64,000 nucleotides of DNA, from positions 5,952,001 to 6,016,000 of the forward strand of contig NC_043011.1 in the NCBI RefSeq assembly GCF_006345805.1. Direction: 5' to 3'. Position 1 is the first letter of the stretch. Every line of letters starts with the position of its first letter. The translations under genes and the position numbers were made by a program. This stretch comes from Octopus sinensis (Eukaryota). Below are positions 13,070 to 26,658 of the stretch, in pieces. The notes under the pieces were generated by a model. That model was not told the DNA's origin, ran no database searches, and was given only the letters and a program-made list of their open reading frames with translations.

Positions 13070-13664
13070 CGCGGGCATGGCTGCATGGTTAGGGAGCTTG
13101 CTTCCCAACTACATGGTTTCGGGTTCAGTCCCACTGCGTGGCACTCTGGGTAGGTGTCTTCCACTATAGCCCTGAGCCGACCGGAGCTTTGTGATTGAAT
13201 TCAGTAGGTGGAAGTTACTGCCGTGTGTGTATGTGTGTGTATAGCTGCTCAGTGCCTCTCCGAAAGAGAGAGAGGGATATATATACACACACACACACAC
13301 ATATATATATATATTTGTCCTTCTCTCTGTCTTGCTTTCTCTATATCCACTTATGTATCTGTCTCTCTCAACTGTGTGTGTGTGTGTGTGTGTGGTGTCT
13401 CTCTCTCTCCCCCCAGCACAGAAACGAATTCGACAGGTGGGCAACAGCTAAGTGCATGTATCAACATATATTAACACAGATATTATGTCACTTCACAAAG
13501 AGACAGACAGACAGACAGGCACAGACTGAGAGAGGTCAGCTGCAAGATTTAAACACATCATTAGAATGACAGACAAGGCAAACACGAAAAAAAAAAGTCA
13601 ATCAATTACCCGGTTTGTTGTTATTTTAATTTCTAATGCATTAAATAAAAATAAATTCAGCTGA

Positions 13665-14029
13665 ATTTTTTTTGTTTTTTTTTGTTTTTTCACAAACTAA
13701 TTTTGGAGGAGAGGGCAGGGCCCGCCCATGATTATTTGCAAGTCCTCCAGGACCAGTTGAGCTTGATGCCATTAACATCTGCTTGCTTTATACTGCAGCA
13801 GATCGATCAACATTTGCAGGAAAGACTTAGAGATTCCAGGGGGAGCAATGTTCAGGGGAAGAAGGACTGGAGATAATAGTGCAGAGTTGAAGAGCTTGAA
13901 CACATCGTAAGTAACAAGAGGTGGGAAGATGAGCAGAGTGGGGGTACCTGAGTGATGGAGGTGCAAGACCAACCAGCTGCAAGGAACTGAGGCAATGATA
14001 GCAAAGGCACAAAGGCAGAGAGCTGACAG
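13665..14029 (-). pseudogene. Degenerate 3' end of an L2/Crack/Jockey-group LINE with poly(A) tail
   Basis: Frameshifted remnants SVSSL..LVGLAPPSLR..CVQ..LHYYLQSFFP*T..WN..FPANVD..VNG match the typical SFFPRT.LWN.LP..FP...DL..FK..VN C-terminus; A-rich tail at 13665-13690 on the minus strand. Confidence 0.6.
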
Positions 14030-16453
14030 AATTGTTAGCAGCATTTGTTCTGGTTTGATGCTTTAAGTTCAAATTCTGCCAAAGAAAATTTGCCTTTCAT
14101 CCTCTTGGAATCGATAAAATAAGTACCAGTTGTACTTTGGGGGTCAATGTAATCAACTGCCCTCTTCCACAAGATTTCAGGCCTTGTGCTTATCATAGAA
14201 AAGGTTATAATAGAAACAGGAACTGTATTTGCTGTACAATGACATATTTCAGTAGAATTACTACACGGTGATGGTCAGAACTGGACTCTGGTCATTGAAA
14301 TGTTGGATTAGGAGTTTCAGTGATCAGCACTCATATTCCATCACTGGCACCACTTCTACAAAAGTGCAGACAAAATGTTTAGTGCAGATAACCCACTCCT
14401 AGGGTTAAAAACTGGTTAGCAAAAACTGTAACTTTTGTGTTTAAAAATAAATGGTAAATTTAACAAGATTTATTTTGGTTCCAGCTTGGTACCAATGTTG
14501 CGACCCTGGTACCAAGCTGTATGATGAGCTCAAATCAGCATTCTCTTCCGTGGATAAACATCAGTGGCACAGAGAGGAAAGACCTATGTGCACGAGTGAC
14601 AGCCAGCCTTCCTCAAACACTTTTGCCTGGGTCTGAAGGCACATGGACAGATGCATGGTCAAACTTGACCAATGGAAGTTTAATTTCAGGTAAAAAAAAT
14701 AGCATCCCTCACTGCCAGGAAGTACCATAGCTGGTAACTTATAAGACATTTTCCCCAAAAAGAGCTCTCAAAAAATATCACCTCAAATCTTGGGCATTCC
14801 ATAAGCTAATTTTATCCCTGGCGCTTACTACTATAGGCTAATTTTAAACCAGACGGTCTCTTCTACATAGCCAGATCCACAATATTTACTTGTGGGAATG
14901 TTTTCTGTACTTTTGTAACATGCTACTAAATTGTTTTAAATATCACACACCCTAATGCCCTAAAAACATTTTTCCTGACTATGCTCTGCTGGAATTGGGG
15001 TGCATCTAGTATGCCTGTATGTCTTTTATGCTACCAAATATGGTAGTTCAGAATTTGTGTGACACTATAGAATCTTAGTACTTTCGGCACAATCACCCAG
15101 TTGGCTTACCATGTAGCACTAGCCCTGGATATACCACATGTGTATGTGTGGTTTTCTATATCTGTATTTGAGTTACCGGTTTAAAGTAGTATCTCAAATT
15201 GTATCCCTTTACATTAAAGATGGTAACATAATTTTTGGTAAATGGAGATTGATAAAATATTGGACTAAAATAAGCACTGGAGTTGATGTAAATTCCTCAA
15301 GTGATGATGTTCCAGCATGGCCACAGTTCAATGAGTGAAACCAGTGAAAGAATAAAAGAATAACAATGGAAATTTCTTCTAATTCAAAGACTTTGCCTCA
15401 ACTCAATCAGGAGAATAATTAAATAAATAAATAAAAAGTTGGCCATATGGAAAATATAAAGAATAAAATAAATAATTAAAAGAATTATGTCAATGGGTAG
15501 AAGTGAGAGGAGAAAAAGCAGAAGGAGAGGTTGAGGTGAGAAGCTGGGGTGGTGGTAGTGGTGGTGGTTGTGGGATAAATTCAACATTTTAATGAGATCC
15601 AAAAGGATAATAGAAATACCAGAGAGGGGAAGGAGGAGGAGGAGGCAGAAAAAAAAGAAGAAGAGGAAGAAAAAGGAGTTAACAAATAGGTAAATAAATA
15701 AAAACAGAATTGTTAAGGAGAGAAAAGAAGAGGGACTGGAGTGAAAAGGACCAGATGTGTGCAAGGGGTAAGAAATTGGGTTAACTAAGGAAGGGACCAG
15801 AATATGTAAACACACCCTCTTCAACCTCCCCATCACTACCTGACAATCACCCGACCAACACTATCGCCCCCCCCCCTCATAGGAGGAAGCTAACAAAAGA
15901 CAATGGAAGAATATAATGGTAAATGCCTTCAAGGCACCACAGAAATAGCTGGATAATGTTATCAGTGATATTTAATGAATGAGAGACAAACTGTTCCTGG
16001 ATAGGCAGCTAGGAAACAGCAGGTGTATGAATGTATGTAGCTGGATGCAGGTGTGGCTATGTGGTAAGAAGGTTGCTTCCCAACCACGTGGTCTTAGGTT
16101 CAATCCCACTGTATGGCAATTTAGGCGTTATCTACAATAGCCCTGGGCCAAACAAAGTGGATTTGGTAGGTGGAAACTGAGAGAAGCCCATCAGGTGTGT
16201 ATGTGCATGGGGAGGAGTACTCTTGCTTTGCCTTGACATCACATGATAGATATGAGTGAGACTCACTGTCATGCAAGTGATGTCCATTTTCCAATCTTCC
16301 ATGAAAACATGTCTGGTCACAAAGAAATATTACTATATTTGGAAACAGGTGGAGGTTGGTAAAGAAAAGACATCTGGGTATAGCCATAGAAATCCCATCT
16401 GATCCATATATGCATGGAAAAGCTAATGTAAAAAGGATGATAATATATATATA

Positions 16454-16983
16454 CAAGGGTGAGCCAAAAAGTAAAGCCATTTTGTTTAGGACAAGTATAA
16501 TTACCAACACAGGATCATGTATCGTACATCAAAATGAAGCTGGTCCTCTGCGGATCACATCCCTACTTCTCAACATGGTCACCGTTTCTCTCAATAGCAA
16601 TGTTCCACCTTCGAATGAGACCATGTATCCCTGTCTCCATAAAATTCTGTTGGCTGTTCTTTGAGCCACCGCTTCACTACAGTTTTCACTTCCTCGTCAC
16701 TGGAATAATGTTTGCATCTTGAACCCTCTGTCATGGGGCTGAAGAGATGATAGCCCAGTGACGAGGAAGTGAAAACTGTAGTGAAGAAGTGGCTCAAAGA
16801 ACAGCCAACAGAATTTTATAGGGCAGGGATACATGCTCTCATTTGAAGGTGGAACATTGCTATTGAGAGAAGTAGGGATGTGATCAACAGAGGACCAGCT
16901 TCATTTTGATGTACGCCACATGTTCCTGTGTTGGTAATTACACCTGTCCTAAATAAAATGGCTTTACTTTTTGACTCACCCTC

Positions 16984-16984
<1 letters not shown>
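16454..16984. mobile_element. Foldback mariner derivative made of two inverted 3' ends
   Basis: Arms 16454-16703 and 16755-16984 are reverse complements; they encode SDEEVKTVVK(R/K)WLKEQPTEFY..GIHALI.RWNIAIER; TIR C(A/G)AGGGTGAG(C/T)CAAAAAGTAAAGCC; TA on the left. Confidence 0.9.
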
Positions 16985-17027
<43 letters not shown>

Positions 17028-17099
17028 TATGTAGTAATGCTTCAACAAGTAGAAAAGCAGTCGATTAGCAAAGAGAGTAAAGATAATCTTATAAAAAAA

Positions 17100-17275
17100 A
17101 ACTACAAATCTTGTAAATACAACTACCCAGGGTTTCCTGGTTGAATAAGTTGTTATTTTAACCATTTATCAAACGGAAAACAAGCCGGTCTTATTTTCCA
17201 GTTTGATAAATAGTTGAATAAGTTATTATTTCAACCAGGAAACCCTGGGTAGTTGTATTTACAAGATTTGTAGTT
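17100..17275. repeat. Foldback palindrome with a hammerhead-like motif in each arm
   Basis: Outer 46 bp perfectly inverted, 5-nt loop at 17185-17189. Plus arm reads TTGATAA-AT-[hairpin]-AG-GAAAC-CCTGG-GTA-GTTG. Confidence 0.85.
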
Positions 17276-17291
17276 ATTTTTTTATTTTACA

Positions 17292-17339
<48 letters not shown>

Positions 17340-17344
17340 CACCA

Positions 17345-17655
17345 GCATCATCATTTAACGTCTGTTTTCCAAGCAGGCATGGGTTTGACGGTTCAACTGG
17401 GGTCTGGTGAACCAGATGGCTGCACCAGGCTCCAGTCTGATCTGGCAGAGTTTCTGCAGCTGGATGCCGTTCCTAACGCCAACCACTCCGAGAGTGTAGT
17501 GGGTGCTTTTTACATGCTGGCATCAACCACGATCAGATGGTGCTTTTTATGTGTGACCTGCACAAGAGCCAGTCAAGGCGGTGCAGCCATCGGCCATGTT
17601 CAGATGGTGCTTTTTACGTGCCACCGCCACAGGGACCACAACTACAGTTTCCATT
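17345..17655 (-). mobile_element. V-domain-like SINE family C
   Basis: Family C consensus blocks. Confidence 0.8.
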
Positions 17656-18326
17656 TGATTGTGATATATATATATATATATATATAATACATACACAAAA
17701 ACATACAGTAATATGTGCAAGTGTAGTTTATAGGTGCAGGTATGGCTGTGTGCTTAAGAAGTTCATTTCCTAACCATGTGGTTTCAAGTTCAATCCCAAT
17801 GCATGGCACCTTGGGCAAATAAATGTCTTCTATAATTCTAAACTCACCAAAGCCTTTGAGACAGAAACTGCTAAAAGACCATCGTGTGTGAGTACACCCT
17901 TGTTTTGTTATACTGGTGATAGTTGTCAATGATTATCACCATCATTCCTGAGGCTAAACAAAGTGACATTTTCTCAAGATGTCATATAGAGGGGTTGAAC
18001 CCAAGACCTTGTGATTGTGAAGCAAACCCCTTAACCATTCAGCCATACTACACCACATACAGACTACACTGTTGCTTGACATATTTCTGGTGCTTGTGTT
18101 AATTATCTTTTGTCTTACATCCTCTCCATTAGATGAAATGGAGCCAAGTCCATGACTCCTGGTTCATGGTTCGTTAACTCAAAAAATTATTTCAGATAAT
18201 TTAACAATATATTTTCTCTATGCATTTCCACAAACAAAAATACATATATATAAATACATATTATACATATACACAAATATATACATAAATACATATATAA
18301 CACAACACATATATGTATATATGTAT

Positions 18327-18378
<52 letters not shown>

Positions 18379-18394
18379 ATATATAGATAGATAG

Positions 18395-18432
<38 letters not shown>

Positions 18433-19212
18433 TATAGATAGATTATAGATAGATAGATATATACACATATACATATAGACTTAAATGTACATACATGTGG
18501 ATTACACATATGTACATATACACATTATATATAGATACATATGTATATATACATATACACACGTGTGTGTGTGTTCACTCATTTGATCTTTCATTTTACA
18601 TCTGTTTTTCCATGCTAATATGGGTTGGAAATTAAGCAGTGTGTGTGTGTGTGCATGCATGCATGTGTATACACACACACAATCTACTCAAACATATGCT
18701 TAATTATTTTCTTTCATTAATCAACTATTATATAAAACAAAACAATTCATAAACAAACAAAACCCAAAATACAAAATGATTAGAATTCCAGTAGAAGAAT
18801 GGTAAAAAAAAACCATCGGTAAAGTGAGGGATGCAGGTTCAATACCTGGGCAATTCCTCTAATTTCATTCACTCCTGAAACTCTGCTAAAAAAAATCTGC
18901 TAAGTTGATACGTCTTCCTTCATTCACAGTGTACAGAGGGACTAGCAACTTCAGCATTAACACGACATTGTGGTCTTTAGTGCTACAATGATTTATTGAG
19001 GTCTACAAGGCCAATGGCCTACTAAGGAACATTGGACCTTCTGGAGTCGATTGTGTCAATGCAATCTTTTATTGAAGAATTCCTGACCCAATGAGCTATC
19101 TATATTCTTTCACTACTGACCCAATAACCTATTGAGATCAATAATGTTGACCCAATAACTTAGTAAAATCTTCCAGAGGACTATAATGACCTACAGAGGT
19201 ATTCTGCATTGA

Positions 19213-19628
19213 AAGGCGGCAAGCTGGCAGAAATGTTAGCACGCCAGGCAAAATGCTTAGCAGTATTTCGTCTGCTGCCACGTTTTGAGTTCAAATTCCG
19301 CCAAGGTCGACTTTGCCTTTCATCCTTTCGAGGTCGATTAAATAAGTACCAGTTACGCACTGGGGTCGATATGATCGACTTAATCCGTTTGTCTGTTCTT
19401 GTTTGTCCTCTCTGGGTTTAGCCCCTTGTGGGTAGTAAAGAAATAGGTATTTCATCTGCCGCTATGTTCTGAGTTCAAATTCCACCGAGGTCGACTTTGC
19501 CTTTCATCCTTTCGGGGTTGATTAAATAAGTACCAGTTACGCACTGGTGTTGATATAATCAACTTAATCAGTGTGTCTGTCCTTGTTTGTCCCCTCTGTG
19601 TTTAGCCCCTTGTGGGTAGTAAAGAAAT
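19213..19628 (+). mobile_element. Dimeric Meta-domain-like SINE family B with TSD
   Basis: Full monomer plus 5'-truncated second monomer; 16-bp direct repeat AGGTATTCTGCATTGA at 19197-19212 and 19629-19644. Confidence 0.9.
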
Positions 19629-19883
19629 AGGTATTCTGCATTGACTCAATGAGCTAGTGAGGTCTTGTTGACCTTATGACCTACAAAGGTCATCAGCTAC
19701 AATGACCTGCTGTGATGACCCCAATGACTTGACCTACAAAATATTTTCAAGGCTAAAGCAATAACTCATTGACAGTTCCTGGTGATGTTTCCATGCTACA
19801 TTAACAATGAACCAGAAACTGGTGACTGACGGAACCTGCAGCAAGGTCCCAACCTAAAGAAAGTTATTGTTATATATATATAT

Positions 19884-20277
19884 AGGCGCCGGAGTGGCTG
19901 TGTGGTAAGTAGCTTGCTTACCAACCACATGGTTCCGGGTTCAGTCCCACTGCGTGGCACCTTGGGCAAGTGTCTTCTACTATAGCCTCGGGCCGACCAA
20001 AGCCTTGTGAGTGGATTTGGTAGACGGAAACTGAATAAAGCCCATCGTATATATGTATATATGTATATGTGCGTGTATGTTTGTGTGTCTGTGTTTGTCC
20101 CCCTAGCATTGCTTGACAACCGATGCTGGTGTGTTTGTGTCCCCGTCACTTAGCGGTTCGGCAAAAGAGACCGATAGAATAAGTACTGGACTTACAAAGA
20201 ACAAGTCCCGGGGTCGAGTTGCTCGACTAAAGGCGGTGCTCCAGCATGGCCTCAGTCAAATGACTGAAACAAAAGAG
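19884..20277 (+). mobile_element. CORE-type SINE family A, full length
   Basis: A box TGGCTGTGTGG, B box GGGTTCAGTCCC, CORE-like CTGCGTGGCACCTTGGGCAAGTGTCTT, LINE-like tail GGCGGTGCTCCAGCATGGCC-CAGTC-AAAT-GACTG-AAAC. Confidence 0.92.
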
Positions 20278-20296
20278 TTATAATTAAGATTATCGA

Positions 20297-22437
20297 AGGT
20301 GACGAGCTGGCAGAGTTGTTAGCATGCCTGGCGAAAGGGCTTAACGATATTTTATCTGTGTTGATGTTGTTCTGAGTTCAAATTCCACTGAGATCAACTT
20401 TGTTCTTCATCCTTTCAGGGTCGATGAAATAAGTGACATTTGTGATCAGGGATGAGGCTAGTGACTAGGTCTCCCTCTTGCAAAATTTCAGGCCTTGTGG
20501 CGATAACAGAAAGGATAATTAGAGTTATCTAGGTTTTGAGTTCAAATCCAACCTGAGGTGATGATGCTTTTTACTGTTTGCTCAGGGTCCCATGGTAATT
20601 CTGAGATCAGCTGAATCTATTATACCCACTACCTCCTTGAGCCAATCTATTACACCCTTTCTCTCCTCGCAGTATTTCTTCCGATTCTTTACATTTCAAG
20701 TTCAAATCCAACTATGGTCAGAATTGCCTTTCACTTCCACCCCACAAGATGAACAAAATAAAATGCCAACCAAGTCTGGGGTTGGTGGTATTGACGGATC
20801 TCCTCCCTCAAAATTCTTGGCCTAACTGGTAGAACCCTTTCTGCTCTAAGCAGAACACCCAAAATTTTGGGGGAGGAGGCCAGTCAATTAAATCAACCCC
20901 AGTACACAACTGGTACTTAATTTATTGACCCCGAAAGGATGAAATGCAAAGTCGACCTCAGCAGAATTTGAACTCAGAATGTAATGGCAGATGAAATACC
21001 GCTAAGTATTTCGCCCGGCATGCTAATGCTTTCTATTTCTTTACTGCCAACAAGGGACTACACACAGAGGGGACAAACAAGGACAGTCAAATGGATTAAG
21101 TCAATTATATCGACCCCAGTGCGTAACTGGTACTTACTTAATCGACTCTGAAAGGATGAAAGGCAAAGTCGACCTCGGCGGAATTTGAACTCAGAACGTA
21201 GCAACAGACAAAATACGGCTATGCATTTCACCCGGCATGCTAACGTTTCTGCCAGCTCGCCGCCTTCCTAACTGTCACACAAAACACCTAACAACATTTC
21301 TTCTGACTCTTCACTTTCCAAGTTCAAATACTACCAAGGTCAACTTTGCCTTTCCTCTTTTCAGGGTCATCATCATCGTTTAAAATGCATTTTCCATGCT
21401 GGCAGGGGTTGGACAGTTTGACAGGTGCCGGCAAGTTAGAGAGCTACACCAAGCTCCGTCTGTTGTGGCATGGTTTTTAGAGCTTGATGCCCTTCCTAAA
21501 GCCGTCCACTTTACAGAGGGTACTGGATGCTTTTTGCATGAGCCAACACAGGTGCTTTTTATGTGACACCAGCACATCATCATCATCATCAATTAACGTC
21601 CATTTTCCATGCTGGCAAGGGTTTGGTTGGTTTGACTGAGGTCTGGAGGGCCAGCGACTGCACCAGGCTCCAATCTTGATCTGGCAGAATTTCTACAGCT
21701 GGATGCCCTTCCTAATGCCAACCACTCCGAGAGTGTAGTGGATGCTTTTTACGTGCCACTGACACAGGAACCAGTAAGGTGGGCCTGCCAGCGATCATGT
21801 TCGGATGGTACACAGGAGTCAGTCAGGGGGTACTGTCATCGGTCACGATCAGTTGGTGCTTTTTACGTGCCAGGGTGGTGAGCTGGCAGGATCGTTAGCA
21901 TGCCAGGTAAAATGCTTAGCAGTATTTCGTCTGCTGTCACGTTCTGAGTTCAAATTCCGCCAAGGTCGACTTTGCTTTTCATCCTTTCAGGGTCAATTAA
22001 ATAAGTACCAGTTACACACGGGGGTTGATGTAATCGACTTAATCCCTTTGTCTGACCTTGTTTGTCCCCTCTATGTTTATCCCCTGTGGGCAATAAAGAA
22101 ATAAATAAAATAAAAAGTCCCAGTCAAGTACTGGGGATAATGAGGTGGGGGGAGTTAATGTAATTGAAATATACCCTTCCTCAAATTTCAGGCCTTCTGA
22201 CTCTATTAGAAACCATCAGGGCAGAGTTATTCAGAGCCTTGGAACCAATGCTCTGCAGAATTTCTTTCAGCTCTTCATAGTCTGAGTTCAAATTATGCCA
22301 TGGTCAACTTATTTCATTCTTTCAGGGTCAATAAGCTAAAAAAAACCCAGTCAAGCATTGAGGTTGATGTATTCGACTGACCGGTTCCCTTAAAAATATT
22401 TGCAGGCCTTGTGCCAAAGTTTGAAATCATTATTATT

Positions 22438-22468
<31 letters not shown>

Positions 22469-22690
22469 AGGTGGCAAGTTGGTGGAATTGTTAGCATGTC
22501 AGACAAAATGCTTGGCAGCATTTCATCTATCTTTACGTTCTGGGTTCAAATTCTGCTGAGGTCGACTTCACCTTTCGTCCTTTTGGAGTCGATAAAACAA
22601 GTCCCAAAGAAATAATGGGGCTGATGCAAACAACTAGTCCCCTCTTTTCACAAATAGAATTTTAAAAATCCAGGCCCTATGCATATTAGT
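20297..22690. mobile_element. Dense cluster of family B and C SINEs in both orientations
   Basis: B copies at about 20297-20515 (+), 20835-21267 (-, dimer), 21872-22110 (+), 22468-22690 (+); C copies at about 21365-21870 (-). Confidence 0.8.
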
Positions 22691-22921
22691 AGAAATGATA
22701 GAAATTCTTATCATCAGTAGTAGTAATAGTAGTAGTAGTAGTAGCCAGCACAACTACTATCATCATCATCATCCTCATCATCATCATAGAACAGGAAATT
22801 CTAGTGTTTCACTGTTTAAATAAATGATGTGTAATAAATCTGTGTTGTGTTTGTTTAATAATTCACTTGGTTAGCATAGTAAGGCGGGGGGGGGAGCACA
22901 CAATGCTGTTAGCAAACATGC

Positions 22922-22965
<44 letters not shown>

Positions 22966-23334
22966 TTATACTCACACACACACACACACATACAAGGCCT
23001 CACCCCGTACTTATATATACTCATGCATCAGTCCCACCCAGAAATGGTCGTGATGGTCTGACCTACAATATTGACTCACCACCTTTAGTCTATGATTGAT
23101 TAATGGGGGGGGGAGGGGATCGGAAATAATGGAACCAAATCTTCTGCTTAAATTAATAGACACTTGCTCCAGCTTTTGTATGCATCTGTCAATCAATGAA
23201 CCGTTACACCAGCCAATGGTACATGTACTTTCTCTCTCCCTCTCATACACACACATACACACAGATTAGATTTAAAATTAAAAAAAAACAAATCTTACAA
23301 TGGATGGGCAAGTAGGTGGGTAGGCAGATAAGTG

Positions 23335-23424
23335 GATAGAGATAAAGAGAGAGAGAGACAGGCAGACATAGACAGATCAATATACAGACAGATTAGATAG
23401 ACAGACAGACAGACAGACAGCTAC

Positions 23425-23501
<77 letters not shown>

Positions 23502-23666
23502 CAGCTACATAGATAGACAGACAGCTGGACAGACAGACAGACGGACGGACAGAAGACAGACAGACAGAAGACAGACAGACAGGCAGGCAGGCAGGCAGGC
23601 GGACGGACGGACGGACAGAGACAGACAGACAGACAGACAGATCAATAGACGGATGGATAGATGGGC

Positions 23667-23718
<52 letters not shown>

Positions 23719-23823
23719 AGATAGATAGATAGATAGAAGAAAATGGATAGATAGATAGATAGAGATGATAGATAGATAATAGAAGATAGATAGAAAGATG
23801 GATAGATAGATAGATAGAAAGAG

Positions 23824-23861
<38 letters not shown>

Positions 23862-23868
23862 GATAGAT

Positions 23869-23906
<38 letters not shown>

Positions 23907-23940
23907 AGATAGATAGATGGATAGAAAGATAGATAATGAA
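23335..23940. repeat. (GATA)n/(GACA)n/(GACG)n/(GGCA)n compound tetranucleotide microsatellite
   Basis: Direct reading. Confidence 0.95.
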
Positions 23941-24807
23941 TAACATCTGTCAAAAGTGGTATCTCACATGAGTGTACTATGACTAACAGGATATCAGTTT
24001 CTTGAGAGACAGACAAAGAATAGGAAGGTGTGTTGACTAACAGAATAGATATGTAGATAGGTATAACATATTTGTATGTTACATGCATGCACACATACAC
24101 ACACACACACACACCATATATATACATGTATAAATATACAGGAAAGATATATACATTCAAACACACACAGACGCAAGAAACAAACGGAAGACAGACAAAT
24201 GGAGCAGCAGACAGGTGGAGTGAGAGAGAGAGACTGGAAGTGAGTATGTGAAGGCATAAAGTAGCAAAGTGCTAGGTCTGTCTCTTTTTTGCACCTGATT
24301 TTAAATTAGAGTCGGTAACACGTAGACGTTTGTTTTCTGGAAAGTGATTACCTGAAAAGCACAACAGAGGGAGCAGAGTTAACTGCTCGTAAAGTATGTT
24401 GAGTTTTGGCTAACGTGAGTGGAGGGCGCACGACAAAAAGGAAGGGAGGTCCTTTCTAGTATATGTTGTTATTTAACCCCACGTCGTTCCAACCGTGACA
24501 TCCCATCTTGTTTTTCTTTAACCATAATGTACCCTGGGATGACATTGTCTAACGTACTTCTTTGCACTTTGTGTGCATGTGTAGGTTTTTTTTTTTTTAA
24601 GACGATCTGATCTGACGGAAATTTGGCTGCTATTTTTAGCCGGTCAAGCGAGATCTAGAGGGTCCTTTCCCCCTCTGCCCCCCTCCCTTCCCCTGTTGGT
24701 TTGTGAAATAATGTTGTCACCCGAAACGCGAGACATTATTATGCAGTGTGTAACCAGATTGGTTGATAGTGACATGAGATATGTGCTGACGGGAAAAGGG
24801 TGGGAGT

Positions 24808-24852
24808 ACACACACACACAACACACACTCTTCGATAGGAGACAACATTCTT

Positions 24853-24883
<31 letters not shown>

Positions 24884-24913
24884 TTGCATACATAGAATAA
24901 TTTACACACATAA

Positions 24914-24965
<52 letters not shown>

Positions 24966-24966
24966 G

Positions 24967-25002
<36 letters not shown>

Positions 25003-25140
25003 TCGATAGAAGACGACATTGTGTGTGTGAGAGAGAGTGTGTTTGTGTGAGTGAGAATGTGTGTGTGTGTGTGTAAATATTTGCATACATAGAATAATTT
25101 ACACACAAAAGTGTATGTATGTGTATACGTATCAATATAT
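24808..25140. repeat. Two-copy tandem duplication (about 170 bp) with embedded microsatellites
   Basis: CTCTTCGATAG(G/A)AGAC(A/G)ACATT and ATATTTGCATACATAGAATAATTTACACACA each occur twice. Confidence 0.85.
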
Positions 25141-26624
25141 ACACACACACATAAACATCAAACTTTCTTTTCATTTCATGTTATACATTAACACTAAGAT
25201 TCACAAGAAGCACACACTGACATGTGCTCGCGCGCTTTTTGATGGATTGAAAGATGTGTGAAGAGTTATATACATACATACATACGTACGTATGTATGTA
25301 CGTACGTACGTATGTATGTATGCATGTGTGTGTGTGTGGTGTGTACACACACGCATCTATGCATGCACATATAGCAGTAAATGAAAAACTAATTGTTTAT
25401 TTACACCCGTAAACACCCCGAGATTTACAAAAATAAAAACACAAAACAGAGACAGTTGTGTCCAGACAGACAACAGCAAATTGCTATTTTATACAATTAC
25501 TCACAAGTCTACATACACAGAAATTATGTACGTATGTGAGTGCGCGTACATCTATCTATATAGATACATCAGTATTCTTGTTTCAGTCATTCCACTGAGG
25601 CCATGCTGGAGCAAAGAATGTATAATACAAATCTGTAATTGGATTTGTATATAGGCGTGTGTGTGTGTGTGTAAAAGCTATATATACCCCGAATAAATTC
25701 AAAACGAAAAATGCTTGTGTGTACGTATGATGCAAGTCTGTATGCATATTACACATGCTACAAGAATGCATGTATTAATTACACATACTTTAAGTTTTTG
25801 TTCAGATAGGGGCTAACAAGGCGGGGAGAGGGTTCAAATGGTCATTTGACCTACTAGAAATAGCAGCTAAATATCCCTCAAACTGTACCCTAACCAAAAC
25901 AGAAAAATGAAAACACGATACGCTAAATAAGCCAATCCTAGACATACTGTGTCAGGAACAGAAAACAAAAAAACTTTTAAGGTCAAGATTGAAATGAGTT
26001 TCACCACGAGCCTACTCGACTAGGGCTAGACAAAAACCCGTTAACCTCCAGTTTCTAACCCGAGCAAAAAAGGCATCATAATCAATATTGTTCAGTTGAA
26101 GAACTGCTGGTCAATAGACGAGAATACAGAACGTCATTAATTCAAAGAAGAACGATTAAGGGACAACCACGAAGAGAAAAATTGATCTCTATGGGTAAAA
26201 AGAAAAAAGTGGGGCAGAGGACAATAACGACAGAACAACCCACCCCAGCTTTGTGTCAAACATTCCGGGTTTTTATTTCCTCCTTTCAATCCGCCACTAA
26301 CTTCACTCGGCTTCAATGTTTAATGTAGCTTATTTGTAGCGGGTAGGCAGAAACAGATTAGTGAACATGGTGAGAGAACAGGTCTCTAGGCACAGGCTGG
26401 GGTAGTTTTGGTATACAGAAACTAGCTTGTTAAATGAGTAGGTTGGTTGTTTTGGTGGTGAAGTTTGTAATATTAGAATAAAGGCCTTTTTTTTTTTCTT
26501 AGTGTAGTAGGTCACCCTTATTATATGTATACCAAGTACCTACTGTATCGTATACACCCGGGGTACAAGAGAGAACATGTGGAAGGAAAGGATTAAAAGA
26601 AATAAATAAGAGAAAGTTAGGGTG

Positions 26625-26658
<34 letters not shown>

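Noticed and set aside
14476-14690. Open frame between TTCCAG and AG|GTAAAA, possible plus-strand exon
   Set aside because: Peptide unrecognised and loosely resembles a decayed RTE LINE C-terminus (SLPQTLL.GS.EG..W.N); cannot be supported as an exon.
19884-19955. tRNA-like A and B boxes
   Set aside because: SINE heads without a complete cloverleaf; no true tRNA gene called.
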